A DNA stretch of 64,000 bases from a bacterium. GTDB lineage: Bacteria; Eisenbacteria; RBG-16-71-46. Under the pieces are notes generated by a model, which saw only the letters and a list, made by a program, of their open reading frames with translations, ran no database searches and was not told the DNA's origin. The translations under genes were made by a program, and so were the position numbers. The DNA is taken from the NCBI GenBank assembly GCA_043779265.1, contig JAYWEM010000001.1:19717-83716 (forward strand), given 5' to 3'. How positions within the stretch are numbered: position 1 is the first letter of the stretch; the number at the start of each line of letters is the position of its first letter. This document shows, piece by piece, positions 27,393 through 35,728 of the stretch.

Positions 27393-28259
27393 CTACTTCT
27401 TCTTCGTCGTCCAGCTCGACAGGTCCTTCTCGTAGGTGGCGAGCAGGTCCTTGTTGAACTTGGGGTCGGCCTTGGCGATCGAGACCGCCTTGGTCATGTG
27501 CGCGACGGCATCCTTGGCGCGCCCGGTCTTGTTGGCCACGCGCGCGGAGACGGCCAGCGTGCGCGGGTTCTCCTCGGCCTTGACGGCCGTGGCAGCCCAT
27601 GCGGTCGCCTCGTCCATCGCCACGTCGGCATCCATGCACCACGCGGCCGCACCCATCGGCGTGCGCCAGTCGTCGGCCTTGGCCGCAGCGATGGCCTCAC
27701 GTGCGGACTTCAGCACCATGCCGTTCACGTCCACCGCGATCGGCACCGAGACGCGCAGCTTCTCCCAGTGGATCGCGAGCTCGGCGCCCGAGGCGGTCGT
27801 GGGGTCGAGCGTGATGGCCATCCACTCCATGTGCGGAGCCGCGGCCGGGACGACATCGACACGCAGCTGGTCCTCCTCCGGCTTATAGCCGAACGCGCCC
27901 CACAGCTCCTTCTGCTTCGAGAACACGACCACCCACTTGTCCTTGGCCGGAAGCGTCACGATCGCGTAGGTGCCGGCCGGCAGTGTCTGCCCCGCCACCT
28001 GGATGTCGGTGCTGGTCACGAACTGCGTGGCCTCATTGGCGCCGGTGCGCCACGCCTCGCCGTACGGCACGAGCGTTCCCCAGATGGCGCGGTCCTTCAC
28101 GCCGGGGCGGTGGTAGGTCACGGACAGCTCGGTGATGCCGATGGTCTGGCTGACCACGTTCTTCTGGCTGGCGCGCGGCAGCTGGAGCTGGGCGTGGGCC
28201 GGCGGGACGACACAGGCCAAGGCGAGCGCGACGATTGCGAGTCGGTGCATGGGGTGCAT
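27393..28259 (-). CDS. DUF2911 domain-containing secreted protein with TPR-like C-terminus
   Basis: 'QLPRASQ..VSQTIGIT', 'YHRPGVKDRAIWGTLVPYGEAWRTGANEAT'; signal peptide; GAGGAG RBS. Confidence 0.88.
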   Translation of the reverse strand: MHPMHRLAIVALALACVVPPAHAQLQLPRASQKNVVSQTIGITELSVTYHRPGVKDRAIWGTLVPYGEAWRTGANEATQFVTSTDIQVAGQTLPAGTYAIVTLPAKDKWVVVFSKQKELWGAFGYKPEEDQLRVDVVPAAAPHMEWMAITLDPTTASGAELAIHWEKLRVSVPIAVDVNGMVLKSAREAIAAAKADDWRTPMGAAAWCMDADVAMDEATAWAATAVKAEENPRTLAVSARVANKTGRAKDAVAHMTKAVSIAKADPKFNKDLLATYEKDLSSWTTKKK

Positions 28260-28461
28260 GGGACTCCTCATCCGATTGAGTGCGGGCAAAGGGACAGCGC
28301 GGGGCACGCGACGTGCATCCACGATCGAAAGACCCCGCTGAAGCCCTCACGCTAGCAGAAGGTGCACGGTCGAGGGCGGGAACGCGTTGCATTTTGCATG
28401 CCCGTGACCCCCGCGGGAGCATTCGCCCACGGGGCCGCACCTCGCTTCTCTCGCTGGAGGC

Positions 28462-28896
28462 ATGAACATGCTGACCTGGACACTCCTTCTCTGTGGAGCG
28501 CTCGGCTCCGACCAGGGAGCGCAGCCGATGCCGCTGCAGCCAGCGCCCGCCGGCGCGCGTTGCGTCGTGGGCGCTCGCCCGCTCGCCTGGAGCCCATACA
28601 CGAGCCGAACGGAGTCGGGTATGACGATCGACCTCGATCCCGAGGCACGCGTCGCCTCGCCCGAGCGCGCATCCAGCCTGTACTCGCAGCAGGAGTTCGA
28701 ATCGCTCGGCGACCTTCGCTCCGATGTGATGGCCGACGGCTCGCTTCGTCTGGTGCTGGGCGACCGACTCCAGAGCTACAGCGTGCTGCGCGTGGATGGT
28801 GCCGGGAAGTTGCGTCTCGACTGCGCTCACAGCGAACACGAGGCCGATCGGATGAGCCGCACCCCGGCACCGGCACGTGCGAGGGAGGACCGATGA
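28462..28896 (+). CDS. Small secreted hypothetical protein coupled to the PA-domain peptidase
   Basis: GGAGG RBS, signal-like N-terminus, 'MADGSLRLVLGDRLQSYSVLRVDGAGKLRLDC'; ATGA overlap with the next gene. Confidence 0.7.
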   Translation: MNMLTWTLLLCGALGSDQGAQPMPLQPAPAGARCVVGARPLAWSPYTSRTESGMTIDLDPEARVASPERASSLYSQQEFESLGDLRSDVMADGSLRLVLGDRLQSYSVLRVDGAGKLRLDCAHSEHEADRMSRTPAPARAREDR

Positions 28897-30560
28897 GAGC
28901 GCGGCATCTTCTCGCGAGCTTGTCGATAACGGCGCTCACGATGGGCCCGGTCGCCTTCTCGCAAGCGGCCACCATCGTCATCATCAACAATGACGGTGCC
29001 GGAGAGGGGTTCAACGATCCGACGCCTGTTGCACCCATCGGCGGCAATTCCGGGACCACGCTGGGGCAGCAGCGGCTCAATCTGTTCAACCATGCGGCGA
29101 GCCTGTGGGGCGCCATGCTCGACAGTCCGGTCACGATCCAGGTGCGGGCGCAGATGAATCCACAGACCTGCACGCCGACCAGTGCCGTACTCGGGAGCGC
29201 GGGGCCGGTCACGGTCCACGCCAGCTTCCCAGGCGCGATCGTCACCGGGGCCTGGTACCACCAGGCGCTCGCGAACAAGCTCACGGGATCGGACCTGGAT
29301 GGTGTGAATCCCGACATCAACACGACGTTCAACTCGGATGTCGACAACCCCACGTGCCTGGGGACCCGCAACTGGTATTACGGGTTCGATCACAACGAGG
29401 GCATCCACATCGACTTCCTGCCCGTGTTGATGCACGAGCTGGGACACGGTCTCGGCTTCAGCACGACGACCAGCAGCTCGACGGGCAACTTCATCTCCGG
29501 ACTGCCCGCGATCTGGGACCATTACCTGATGGACAAGACCTCGGGACTGTTGTGGAAGGACATGTCCGCGGTGCAGCGCCAGGCCTCCGCGATCAACACC
29601 GGCAACCTGGTGTGGACGGGGCCGGCGGTGCGCTTCAAGGCCCCGCTCGTGCTCGTACGTGCGGCGCAGTTGTCGGTGTCCGCACCGGGCGGGATCGCCG
29701 GAACCTATGAGGCCGGGCTCGCCAGCTTCGGTGCGGCGCTGACCGACGCGGGGCTTTCGGGTCAGGTCGTGCTCGTGGACGATGGCTTGGTGCCGACCGG
29801 CGAGGGCTGCGAGTCGCCGTTCGTCAATGCCGGTGCCGTCGCCGGCAACATCGCGCTGATCGACCGCGGCACGTGCGCTTTCACGCTCAAGGTGCTCAAT
29901 GCCCAGAATGCTGGCGCGATCGGTGTGATCATCGCCAACAACACGTCGGGCGCTGCAGCGCCGACGGGTACCGACCCCGCGATCACGATCCCCGTGCTCG
30001 GCATCTCGCAGGCCGACGGCAACCTGCTCAAGGCGAATCTCGGCGCCGGCGTGCAGGCCACGCTGCGGCTCCACCCGAGCCAGCGTGCGGGAACGCACCC
30101 GGATGGTGAGATGCGCATGTTCTCGCCCAACCCGGTGCAGAGCGGCTCGAGTGTGTCGCACTTCGATGTGACCTCGACACCGAACCTGCTCATGGAGCCC
30201 TCGATCAACGCCGATCTGACGGCCGCGATCGACCTGACCCGCGAGCTGTTCGAGGACATCGGCTGGTATCCGGCCACGACGGGTGTGCCCACGACGGCAC
30301 CGGGCACGATCGCGCTGGCGGCGGGCCCCAACCCGGCCGGCCGCGACGTCACGGTCCGATTCGCACTCGATCGCGATGCGACCGTGGAGGTCAGCGTGCT
30401 GGACGTGGCGGGGCGCGAGGTCGCGAAGTTGCACCGCGGTCGCCTCGGTGCCGGCCCGCATGTGATGGCGTGGGATGCGCGGGTCGCCCCCGGCGTCTAC
30501 CGCGTCCGCCTGCGTGCGGATCGGGCGGTCAGCACGCGCAGCATCGTCCGAGTCGACTGA
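28893..30560 (+). CDS. Secreted zinc metallopeptidase with PA domain and FlgD-Ig/T9SS-like tail
   Basis: Signal peptide; 'HELGHGLGF'; PA domain 'IALIDRGTCAFTLKVLNAQNAGAIGVII'; 'GSSVSHFD...LMEP'; tail 'PNPAG...PGVYRVRL'. Confidence 0.88.
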   Translation: MRARHLLASLSITALTMGPVAFSQAATIVIINNDGAGEGFNDPTPVAPIGGNSGTTLGQQRLNLFNHAASLWGAMLDSPVTIQVRAQMNPQTCTPTSAVLGSAGPVTVHASFPGAIVTGAWYHQALANKLTGSDLDGVNPDINTTFNSDVDNPTCLGTRNWYYGFDHNEGIHIDFLPVLMHELGHGLGFSTTTSSSTGNFISGLPAIWDHYLMDKTSGLLWKDMSAVQRQASAINTGNLVWTGPAVRFKAPLVLVRAAQLSVSAPGGIAGTYEAGLASFGAALTDAGLSGQVVLVDDGLVPTGEGCESPFVNAGAVAGNIALIDRGTCAFTLKVLNAQNAGAIGVIIANNTSGAAAPTGTDPAITIPVLGISQADGNLLKANLGAGVQATLRLHPSQRAGTHPDGEMRMFSPNPVQSGSSVSHFDVTSTPNLLMEPSINADLTAAIDLTRELFEDIGWYPATTGVPTTAPGTIALAAGPNPAGRDVTVRFALDRDATVEVSVLDVAGREVAKLHRGRLGAGPHVMAWDARVAPGVYRVRLRADRAVSTRSIVRVD

Positions 30561-30576
30561 CCCGAGGCGCGGAGAC

Positions 30577-30617
30577 GACCGAGGCCCCGCAGCGCTCAGC
30601 GCCGCGGGGCCTCGGTC
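30577..30617. terminator. Bidirectional hairpin between the peptidase and cheY
   Basis: gaccgaggccccgc...gcggggcctcggtc, a 14-bp stem. Confidence 0.75.
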
Positions 30618-30632
30618 ATGATGGAATCGGCG

Positions 30633-31046
30633 TCAACCGTCGGTGCCGGTCGCAGCCTCGGGGGGCGCATCGGCCGCCGGGCGCGCGGCGTTCATCAGTT
30701 CCTGGATCTTGCGGGTCAGGATGTCGGGCGTGAACGGCTTGACCACGAAGCCGCTGACGCCGGCGCGCGTCGCCTCGGACATGTCGTCCTTGATGTGGCG
30801 GGCGGTGACGAGCAGGACGGGGATGTGGACCAGGGCCGGATCCTGGCGGATCTTGCGGACCAGATCGACGCCGGACATGCCCGGCATGTTCCAGTCGGTC
30901 ATGATCAACGCGAGATCCGCAGTGCATTGGGTGATCGCGGCTTCGGCGTCGGCAGCCTCGAGCACGGTCTCGAACCCCATCTGCTTGAGACTGTTGACGA
31001 GGATGCGCCTCGTCAGCGACGAGTCATCCACGACCAGGCACTTCAT
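30633..31046 (-). CDS. cheY: CheY-like single-domain response regulator
   Basis: 'LVVDDS', 'TDWNMPGMSG', 'IPVLLVT', 'FVVKPFT'; directly downstream of flgM. Confidence 0.8.
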   Translation of the reverse strand: MKCLVVDDSSLTRRILVNSLKQMGFETVLEAADAEAAITQCTADLALIMTDWNMPGMSGVDLVRKIRQDPALVHIPVLLVTARHIKDDMSEATRAGVSGFVVKPFTPDILTRKIQELMNAARPAADAPPEAATGTDG

Positions 31047-31074
31047 CGCGCCATCCCCCTCGATCGAACCGGAC

Positions 31075-31383
31075 TCAGATGTCGCTCGCGATGCGGAGGA
31101 GCACTTCGTCGATGACTTCGGGCTTGTCGTAGTCGCCTCGGGCGATCCGCTCGGAGATGCCGTGGAGACGTCCCTCGTCCAACTCGCCGTGCGGAATGCT
31201 CTCGGGTCCCGCGTGCGTCTGCAGCAGACGAGCGGGGGTCGAGATCTGCACCTCGTCGTTGCGAGTCGGGGCTCCGCTGGCGCCTGCGGTGCGCTCCGGC
31301 TTGGAGCCGGTGCGCGTGGGAACGTCCTCGCGCGTGCGGTCGATGCGCGAGGAAGGTCCGGGCGTAGTGGGTCGGATGGTCAT
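31075..31383 (-). CDS. flgM: Anti-sigma-28 factor FlgM
   Basis: 102 aa; 'RNDEVQISTPAR', 'RLHGISERIARGDYD'; GAGGGG RBS; preceded by a sigma-28 motif. Confidence 0.8.
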   Translation of the reverse strand: MTIRPTTPGPSSRIDRTREDVPTRTGSKPERTAGASGAPTRNDEVQISTPARLLQTHAGPESIPHGELDEGRLHGISERIARGDYDKPEVIDEVLLRIASDI

Positions 31384-31475
31384 GATCCCCTCGTTGCGTG
31401 GTCCCGGCTGGAGGGCGGAGCGCCACTCGGTTCGCCGGATGCCGTGGGGGACGAATCCCCCTCGGCTCGCTTCCA

Positions 31476-31503
31476 GTATCGGAAGGTCCTTGCGCCGACT
31501 TGA
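31476..31503 (-). promoter_or_regulatory. Putative sigma-28 promoter of flgM-cheY
   Basis: TCAAG-N15-TCCGATAC. Confidence 0.75.
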
Positions 31504-31537
31504 GTGTGTCCCTTGCAGAATGCGCTCCGGCGGGGGC

Positions 31538-31942
31538 TCACGCGGCCGCTTCCGAGCTCGCCGGCTCGGAGCTGCGCGTGGACAGCCCGTCGGCGAGCTG
31601 GCGATTGATGCCGACCAGGGCCTGGATCCCCTCGCGATTCGGCTCGGACAACAACGCGAACGTCCGCCGGTCGACGAATCGCGAGAGCTGCAGCAGATTG
31701 ACGCGCAAGGAGCGGGGCAGCGAGCACTCGGGCGATACCCACTCGCCCTGGAAGAACGTCCACAGGCGCTGATTGTGCCGCAGCGCCTGGGATAACTGCT
31801 CCTCGCAGCCGGGCTCACCCCAGATGCGCTGGCAGTCCTCCAACTGGCGCGCCGCCCGGCTCAGGGCAGCCGCTTCGAGTTCCCTCCCGGACGAAGCCGT
31901 GCGGGACCCGGAGTCATACGCGCGGCGTGGGCCGTTGAACAT
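31538..31942 (-). CDS. flaF: Flagellar biosynthesis regulator FlaF
   Basis: 'SGRELEAAAL', 'ALRHNQRLWTFFQ', 'LPRSLRVNLLQLSRFV', 'LVGINRQLADGL'; follows flbT. Confidence 0.88.
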   Translation of the reverse strand: MFNGPRRAYDSGSRTASSGRELEAAALSRAARQLEDCQRIWGEPGCEEQLSQALRHNQRLWTFFQGEWVSPECSLPRSLRVNLLQLSRFVDRRTFALLSEPNREGIQALVGINRQLADGLSTRSSEPASSEAAA

Positions 31943-32321
31943 GCTCGAGAAGCTCCTTCTCGTGGGCCATCAGGTCGCGGCCCAGTTTGAGCGCGTGGTA
32001 GTAGCGTCCCTCTTCGACGCACTTGTCGATCGGTTCGAGGTATCGGCGAGAGCTGGGGCTGGCATCCAGCACATCTTCGACCAACAGCCGGTAGCTGCGC
32101 TCGTGGGACTCGCGCCGCTGCGGGTCGACGTACATCAACTGGATGGAGAGCACGATGTGCTCGCACGGGCTCTGCACCGCCGCAGGACTGAGGATGTCAC
32201 TCCCGCGCAGCACCGGGACCTCGGTCTCCACGAAGAGCTCGGCCCGGTTGCGACCGTTGGTGAGGACCGCACCGCCGATGATCGCGCGTTCCTGCGGTTT
32301 GAGTGTGAGACGGAGCGCCAT
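31914..32321 (-). CDS. flbT: Flagellar biosynthesis repressor FlbT
   Basis: 'MALRLTLKPQERAIIGGAVLTNG', 'PVLRGSDIL', 'SIQLMY', 'YYHALKLGRDLMAHEKELL'. Confidence 0.9.
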   Translation of the reverse strand: MALRLTLKPQERAIIGGAVLTNGRNRAELFVETEVPVLRGSDILSPAAVQSPCEHIVLSIQLMYVDPQRRESHERSYRLLVEDVLDASPSSRRYLEPIDKCVEEGRYYHALKLGRDLMAHEKELLEHVQRPTPRV

Positions 32322-32502
32322 GGGGTTCCTGTCGTCAGACGTCGGTGTCTTTGTCCCGGATGCGTCATGCATCCTTCGGCGGGCACCGGTGGCGGGGGAG
32401 GCTTCTGGTCCCCCGTTCACCGGCCCGCGTTTTCTTACGTTTCAAGGCCAGCCTGCGCCGGAGTCGGTTCCGCCGATCCGGACGCCTGCGGGCCCGCCTC
32501 GG

Positions 32503-33318
32503 CTAGAAAAGCCGGAGAACGGACTGCTGCGCCTGCGATGAGAGCTGCAGAGCGACGACGCCAAGCTGCTGACGCGTCTGCAGGGCGAGCATGTTCGCAC
32601 CCTCTTCGTTCGAGTCCGCCGCCGTGAGCATGTCCGCGCCCTCGGTCAGCGTGTTGATCATCTCGGTGGTGAACTCCTGACGCGTGGTCACGACGCCGTT
32701 GCTGGACGACAGCGTCTTGGCCTGTGTACGGAGCTCGGTCAGTGCGGCGTCGAGGTCCGAGACGGCACCGTCGACATCCGCGTCCGCAGCCCAGGAGTTG
32801 GCAGCTGCGTCGATCGCCAGATCGCCGGCGACCGTGGCATCGAAGCCCGAGATCGTCAGCGCCGAGGATCCGTCCTCGTTGAACTCCACCGTCAGGTCGT
32901 CGCCGTCCAGGAAGTTCGTGCCCTTGTAGCCGGAGTCGGTCGCAAGGTTGTCGATCTGGGTGCGCAGCGCGTCGAACTGGGTCGCGAGCGTCGCACGGTC
33001 GGCAGTCGACGCCGAACGGGCGGAAGCTGCGAGACCCTTCATCTGCTCGACGATCTTGGTGATCGCCTCGATACCCTTGAGCGACGCCTTCACCGTCTGG
33101 ATCGCCTCACCCATCGTGTCCTTGCGGGCCGCGAGGTCCTGGGCACGGTTGGTGTGGTTCTGGGCGGCGAAGTAGGCCGCCGCGTCATCGACGGCGGAGT
33201 TGACGCGCTTGCCGGTGGCCAGACGCGTCGTCGTGCGGCCCTGCAGGGCTGCCGTCATCTGCAGCTGGATCAGGTTGCCACGCATTCCGCCCGACAGGTT
33301 GATGTCATTGATCGCCAT
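32503..33318 (-). CDS. fliC: Flagellin (271 aa, paralog 2)
   Basis: 'RLATGKRVNSAVDD', 'DSGYKGTNFL', 'ADSNEEGANMLALQTRQQL...VLRLF'. Confidence 0.95.
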   Translation of the reverse strand: MAINDINLSGGMRGNLIQLQMTAALQGRTTTRLATGKRVNSAVDDAAAYFAAQNHTNRAQDLAARKDTMGEAIQTVKASLKGIEAITKIVEQMKGLAASARSASTADRATLATQFDALRTQIDNLATDSGYKGTNFLDGDDLTVEFNEDGSSALTISGFDATVAGDLAIDAAANSWAADADVDGAVSDLDAALTELRTQAKTLSSSNGVVTTRQEFTTEMINTLTEGADMLTAADSNEEGANMLALQTRQQLGVVALQLSSQAQQSVLRLF

Positions 33319-33401
33319 GGTGAAACGGTCCCCTTCTCGGGATCTGGAGGTTGTCATCCCGGCTTCTGCCTGGCGGTCGACGCTTCGGCCGACAGACAGG
33401 A

Positions 33402-33428
33402 GTCTCGGCTGACCATTCCCCGGCTTGA
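33402..33428 (-). promoter_or_regulatory. Putative sigma-28 promoter of flagellin 2
   Basis: TCAAG-N14-GCCGAGAC. Confidence 0.75.
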
Positions 33429-33575
33429 GACCACGCCAAGCGAGATTCGCTGGCCTGGGTGCGATGCCCCACGCTTCGGCGGCCGAGTCGGGAGCGGATC
33501 GGGACGACAACAGACCAGCGGGCGGGTGCATGCCGCACCCGGCCCGCTGGCCGTGACCTCCGTGTCGCTCCGATG

Positions 33576-33605
33576 GCGGCGGGCGGATCCTCCGCCCTCG
33601 TCGCC
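33576..33605 (-). terminator. Hairpin after flagellin 1
   Basis: Imperfect stem ggcggcgggcgga-tcc-tccgccctcgtcgcc, about 20 nt after the stop. Confidence 0.5.
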
Positions 33606-33624
33606 TCCGGTTCCCGGTGTTCGA

Positions 33625-34440
33625 CTAGAAGAGTCGGAGCACCGACTGCTGCGCCTGCGAGGAGAGCTGCAGGGCGACGACGCCGAGCTGCTGACGCGTC
33701 TGCAGGGCGAGCATGTTGGCGCCCTCCTCGTTCGAATCCGCCGCCGTGAGCATGTCGGCGCCCTCGGTCAACGTGTTGATCATCTCGGTCGTGAACTCCT
33801 GCCGTGTCGTCACGACGCCATTGCTCGAGGAGAGCGTCTTGGCCTGCGTGCGCAGCTCGGTCAAAGCGGCATCCATCTCACCGATGGCGACGTCGACATC
33901 GGTGTCCGCCACCCATGCGTTGGCGGCTCCGGCGATGGCGAGATCGCCGCCGACCGTGGCATCGAAGCCCGAGATCGTCAGCGCCGAGGTTCCATCCTCG
34001 TTGAACTCCACCGTCAGAGTGTCCGCGCTCAGGAAGTTCGTGCCCTTGTAACCGGAATCGGCCGCCAGGTTGTCGATCTGCTCGCGCAGCGCATCGAACT
34101 GGGTCGCCAGCGTGGCGCGGTCGTTCGCGGTGGCCGAGCGTGCGGAGGCCGCGAGGCCCTTCATCTGCTCGATCAGGCGCGAGATGCCCTCGATGCCCTT
34201 GAGCGAGGCCTTCACGGTCTGGATCGCCTCGCCCATCGAGTCCTTGCGGGCGGCCAGATCACTGGCGCGGTTCTGGTGGTTCTGGGCGGCGAAGTACGCC
34301 GACGCATCGTCCACCGCGGAGTTCACGCGCTTGCCCGTCGCGAGGCGGGTCGTGGTGCGGCCCTGCAGTGCGGCCACCATCTGCAGCTGGATCAGGTTGC
34401 CACGCATGCCGCCGGACAGGGTGATGTCGTTGATCGCCAT
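33625..34440 (-). CDS. fliC: Flagellin (271 aa, paralog 1)
   Basis: Same motifs and same 816-nt length as 32503-33318; tandem paralog. Confidence 0.95.
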   Translation of the reverse strand: MAINDITLSGGMRGNLIQLQMVAALQGRTTTRLATGKRVNSAVDDASAYFAAQNHQNRASDLAARKDSMGEAIQTVKASLKGIEGISRLIEQMKGLAASARSATANDRATLATQFDALREQIDNLAADSGYKGTNFLSADTLTVEFNEDGTSALTISGFDATVGGDLAIAGAANAWVADTDVDVAIGEMDAALTELRTQAKTLSSSNGVVTTRQEFTTEMINTLTEGADMLTAADSNEEGANMLALQTRQQLGVVALQLSSQAQQSVLRLF

Positions 34441-34517
34441 GACTCGAACTCCCTTCTGGAGTGCTGTTCTCGCCCTCGGCATTCTGCCGGGGCGCGTGTT
34501 TCACACGCTGGGCCCTA

Positions 34518-34544
34518 CTCTCGGCAGAGTGGGGCCGGGCTGAA
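34518..34544 (-). promoter_or_regulatory. Putative sigma-28 promoter of flagellin 1
   Basis: TTCAG-N14-GCCGAGAG. Confidence 0.6.
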
Positions 34545-34671
34545 GGGGGGGATGTGCTGGATCGCGCGATGGCTCGTGCGGATCGCGGACGGCACCCGCA
34601 AATGGCGGCAAGTGCGTCGTGCGGCTCGGCGCGATGCATGGCGCTGAGCGGGACGAGCAGGGATAGGCGAA

Positions 34672-34702
34672 GCGCCGCGACCCCTTTCGGGAGCCGCGGC
34701 GC
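34672..34702 (-). terminator. Hairpin after flgL
   Basis: gcgccgcg...cgcggcgc stem with a GAAA loop on the minus strand. Confidence 0.55.
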
Positions 34703-34725
34703 CTGATGCCTGCCTCAGCCGTGGA

Positions 34726-35592
34726 TCAGCGCAGGTATTCGGTCAGTGTCGCCTGCATGACACGACCGATGGTGGCATAGGCTCGCTCGAGCGCCGCCTG
34801 CTCCTGCTGCAGGCGCACGATGGCCTCCGCCGGATCGACGCTCACCAAGGCGTCCCGCCGCTCGAGCAGGAAGGACTGGATGCGGGCCAACCGAAGTCCA
34901 CCATCCTGGATCTCCTTCAGGCGCGAGCCGGTCTCGGCCTGTGCCCGCATCACGGTCTGGGTCGAACTCTCGAGGTCGACCGAGACAGTTCGGATGTCCG
35001 CCTGAGTGCCGCTCTGGAGCGCGGTGATCAGGTCGTCCATCGCCGCCATCGCACCGCCGAACAGGGCGCCGCCCTCGTGGTTGACCGTCACGCCGACGCC
35101 ATCGCCCACGGTGACGCTGCGCGAGGCGCTGTCCCCGACGTACGTTCCGTCCGCCCGGAAGGGCGGCGTGGTCGTCTGCGCCCCTCCGAAGAGGTACTCG
35201 TTCCCGACCCGGGTGTTGCCGAGCGAGACCAGTTGGGCCTTGAGTTGTTGGACGGCCGAGAGCGCCGCCAATCGCTGCGGGTCGGTGGGGTCGTTGCCGG
35301 TCGTCGTCGCCGCCAGATTCTTGGCTTCCCGGAGGGCGGCGAGGACACTGGAGAGCGAGATGTCCTCGGCCGATAACCGCGTCGTCGCGAAAGTTCCGTT
35401 GCGGCGGTATTGTTCGATGTCCCGGGCCTGTGCCTCCAGGCGCATCATCTGGGAAGCGTCGATCGGATCGTCGGAGATCGAACGGACTCGGCGTCCTGTT
35501 GCAGCTTCGGAAGCAGCACGTTCCAGCGCTTGAAGCCGGCCGCGAAGGCCGGAGGTCAGACTGCGCTGGATCATCTGATTGGTGATCCGCAT
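34726..35592 (-). CDS. flgL: Hook-associated protein 3, FlgL (flagellin-like N and C domains)
   Basis: 'MRITNQM', 'ATGRRVRSISDDP', 'GNTRVGNEYLFGG', 'YVGD', 'TLTEYLR'. Confidence 0.9.
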   Translation of the reverse strand: MRITNQMIQRSLTSGLRGRLQALERAASEAATGRRVRSISDDPIDASQMMRLEAQARDIEQYRRNGTFATTRLSAEDISLSSVLAALREAKNLAATTTGNDPTDPQRLAALSAVQQLKAQLVSLGNTRVGNEYLFGGAQTTTPPFRADGTYVGDSASRSVTVGDGVGVTVNHEGGALFGGAMAAMDDLITALQSGTQADIRTVSVDLESSTQTVMRAQAETGSRLKEIQDGGLRLARIQSFLLERRDALVSVDPAEAIVRLQQEQAALERAYATIGRVMQATLTEYLR

Positions 35593-35624
35593 GGAACCCC
35601 CTCGTCGGTGCGGGTCTGAGAGCA

Positions 35625-35652
35625 GTATCGGAAACGCATGGAAGCGGCTTGA
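35625..35652 (-). promoter_or_regulatory. Putative sigma-28 promoter of flgL
   Basis: TCAAG-N15-TCCGATAC; boxes identical to the flgM promoter. Confidence 0.75.
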
Positions 35653-35728
35653 GCTTCGACTGCCCGACCGGGCGGCGAGCTCGGGCTTCACGGTCCCTCC
35701 CCGCTCGCGGGAGGTCCGACGAGGGGAC

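Noticed and set aside
32417..32444. Possible sigma-28 site before flbT (TGAAA-N15-GCCGGTGA)
   Set aside because: Both boxes deviate and the CCGA core is broken; too weak to call.
32503..34440. Roughly 800-bp direct repeat as a mobile element or assembly duplication
   Set aside because: These are two flagellin paralogs with many synonymous and some amino-acid differences and distinct leaders.
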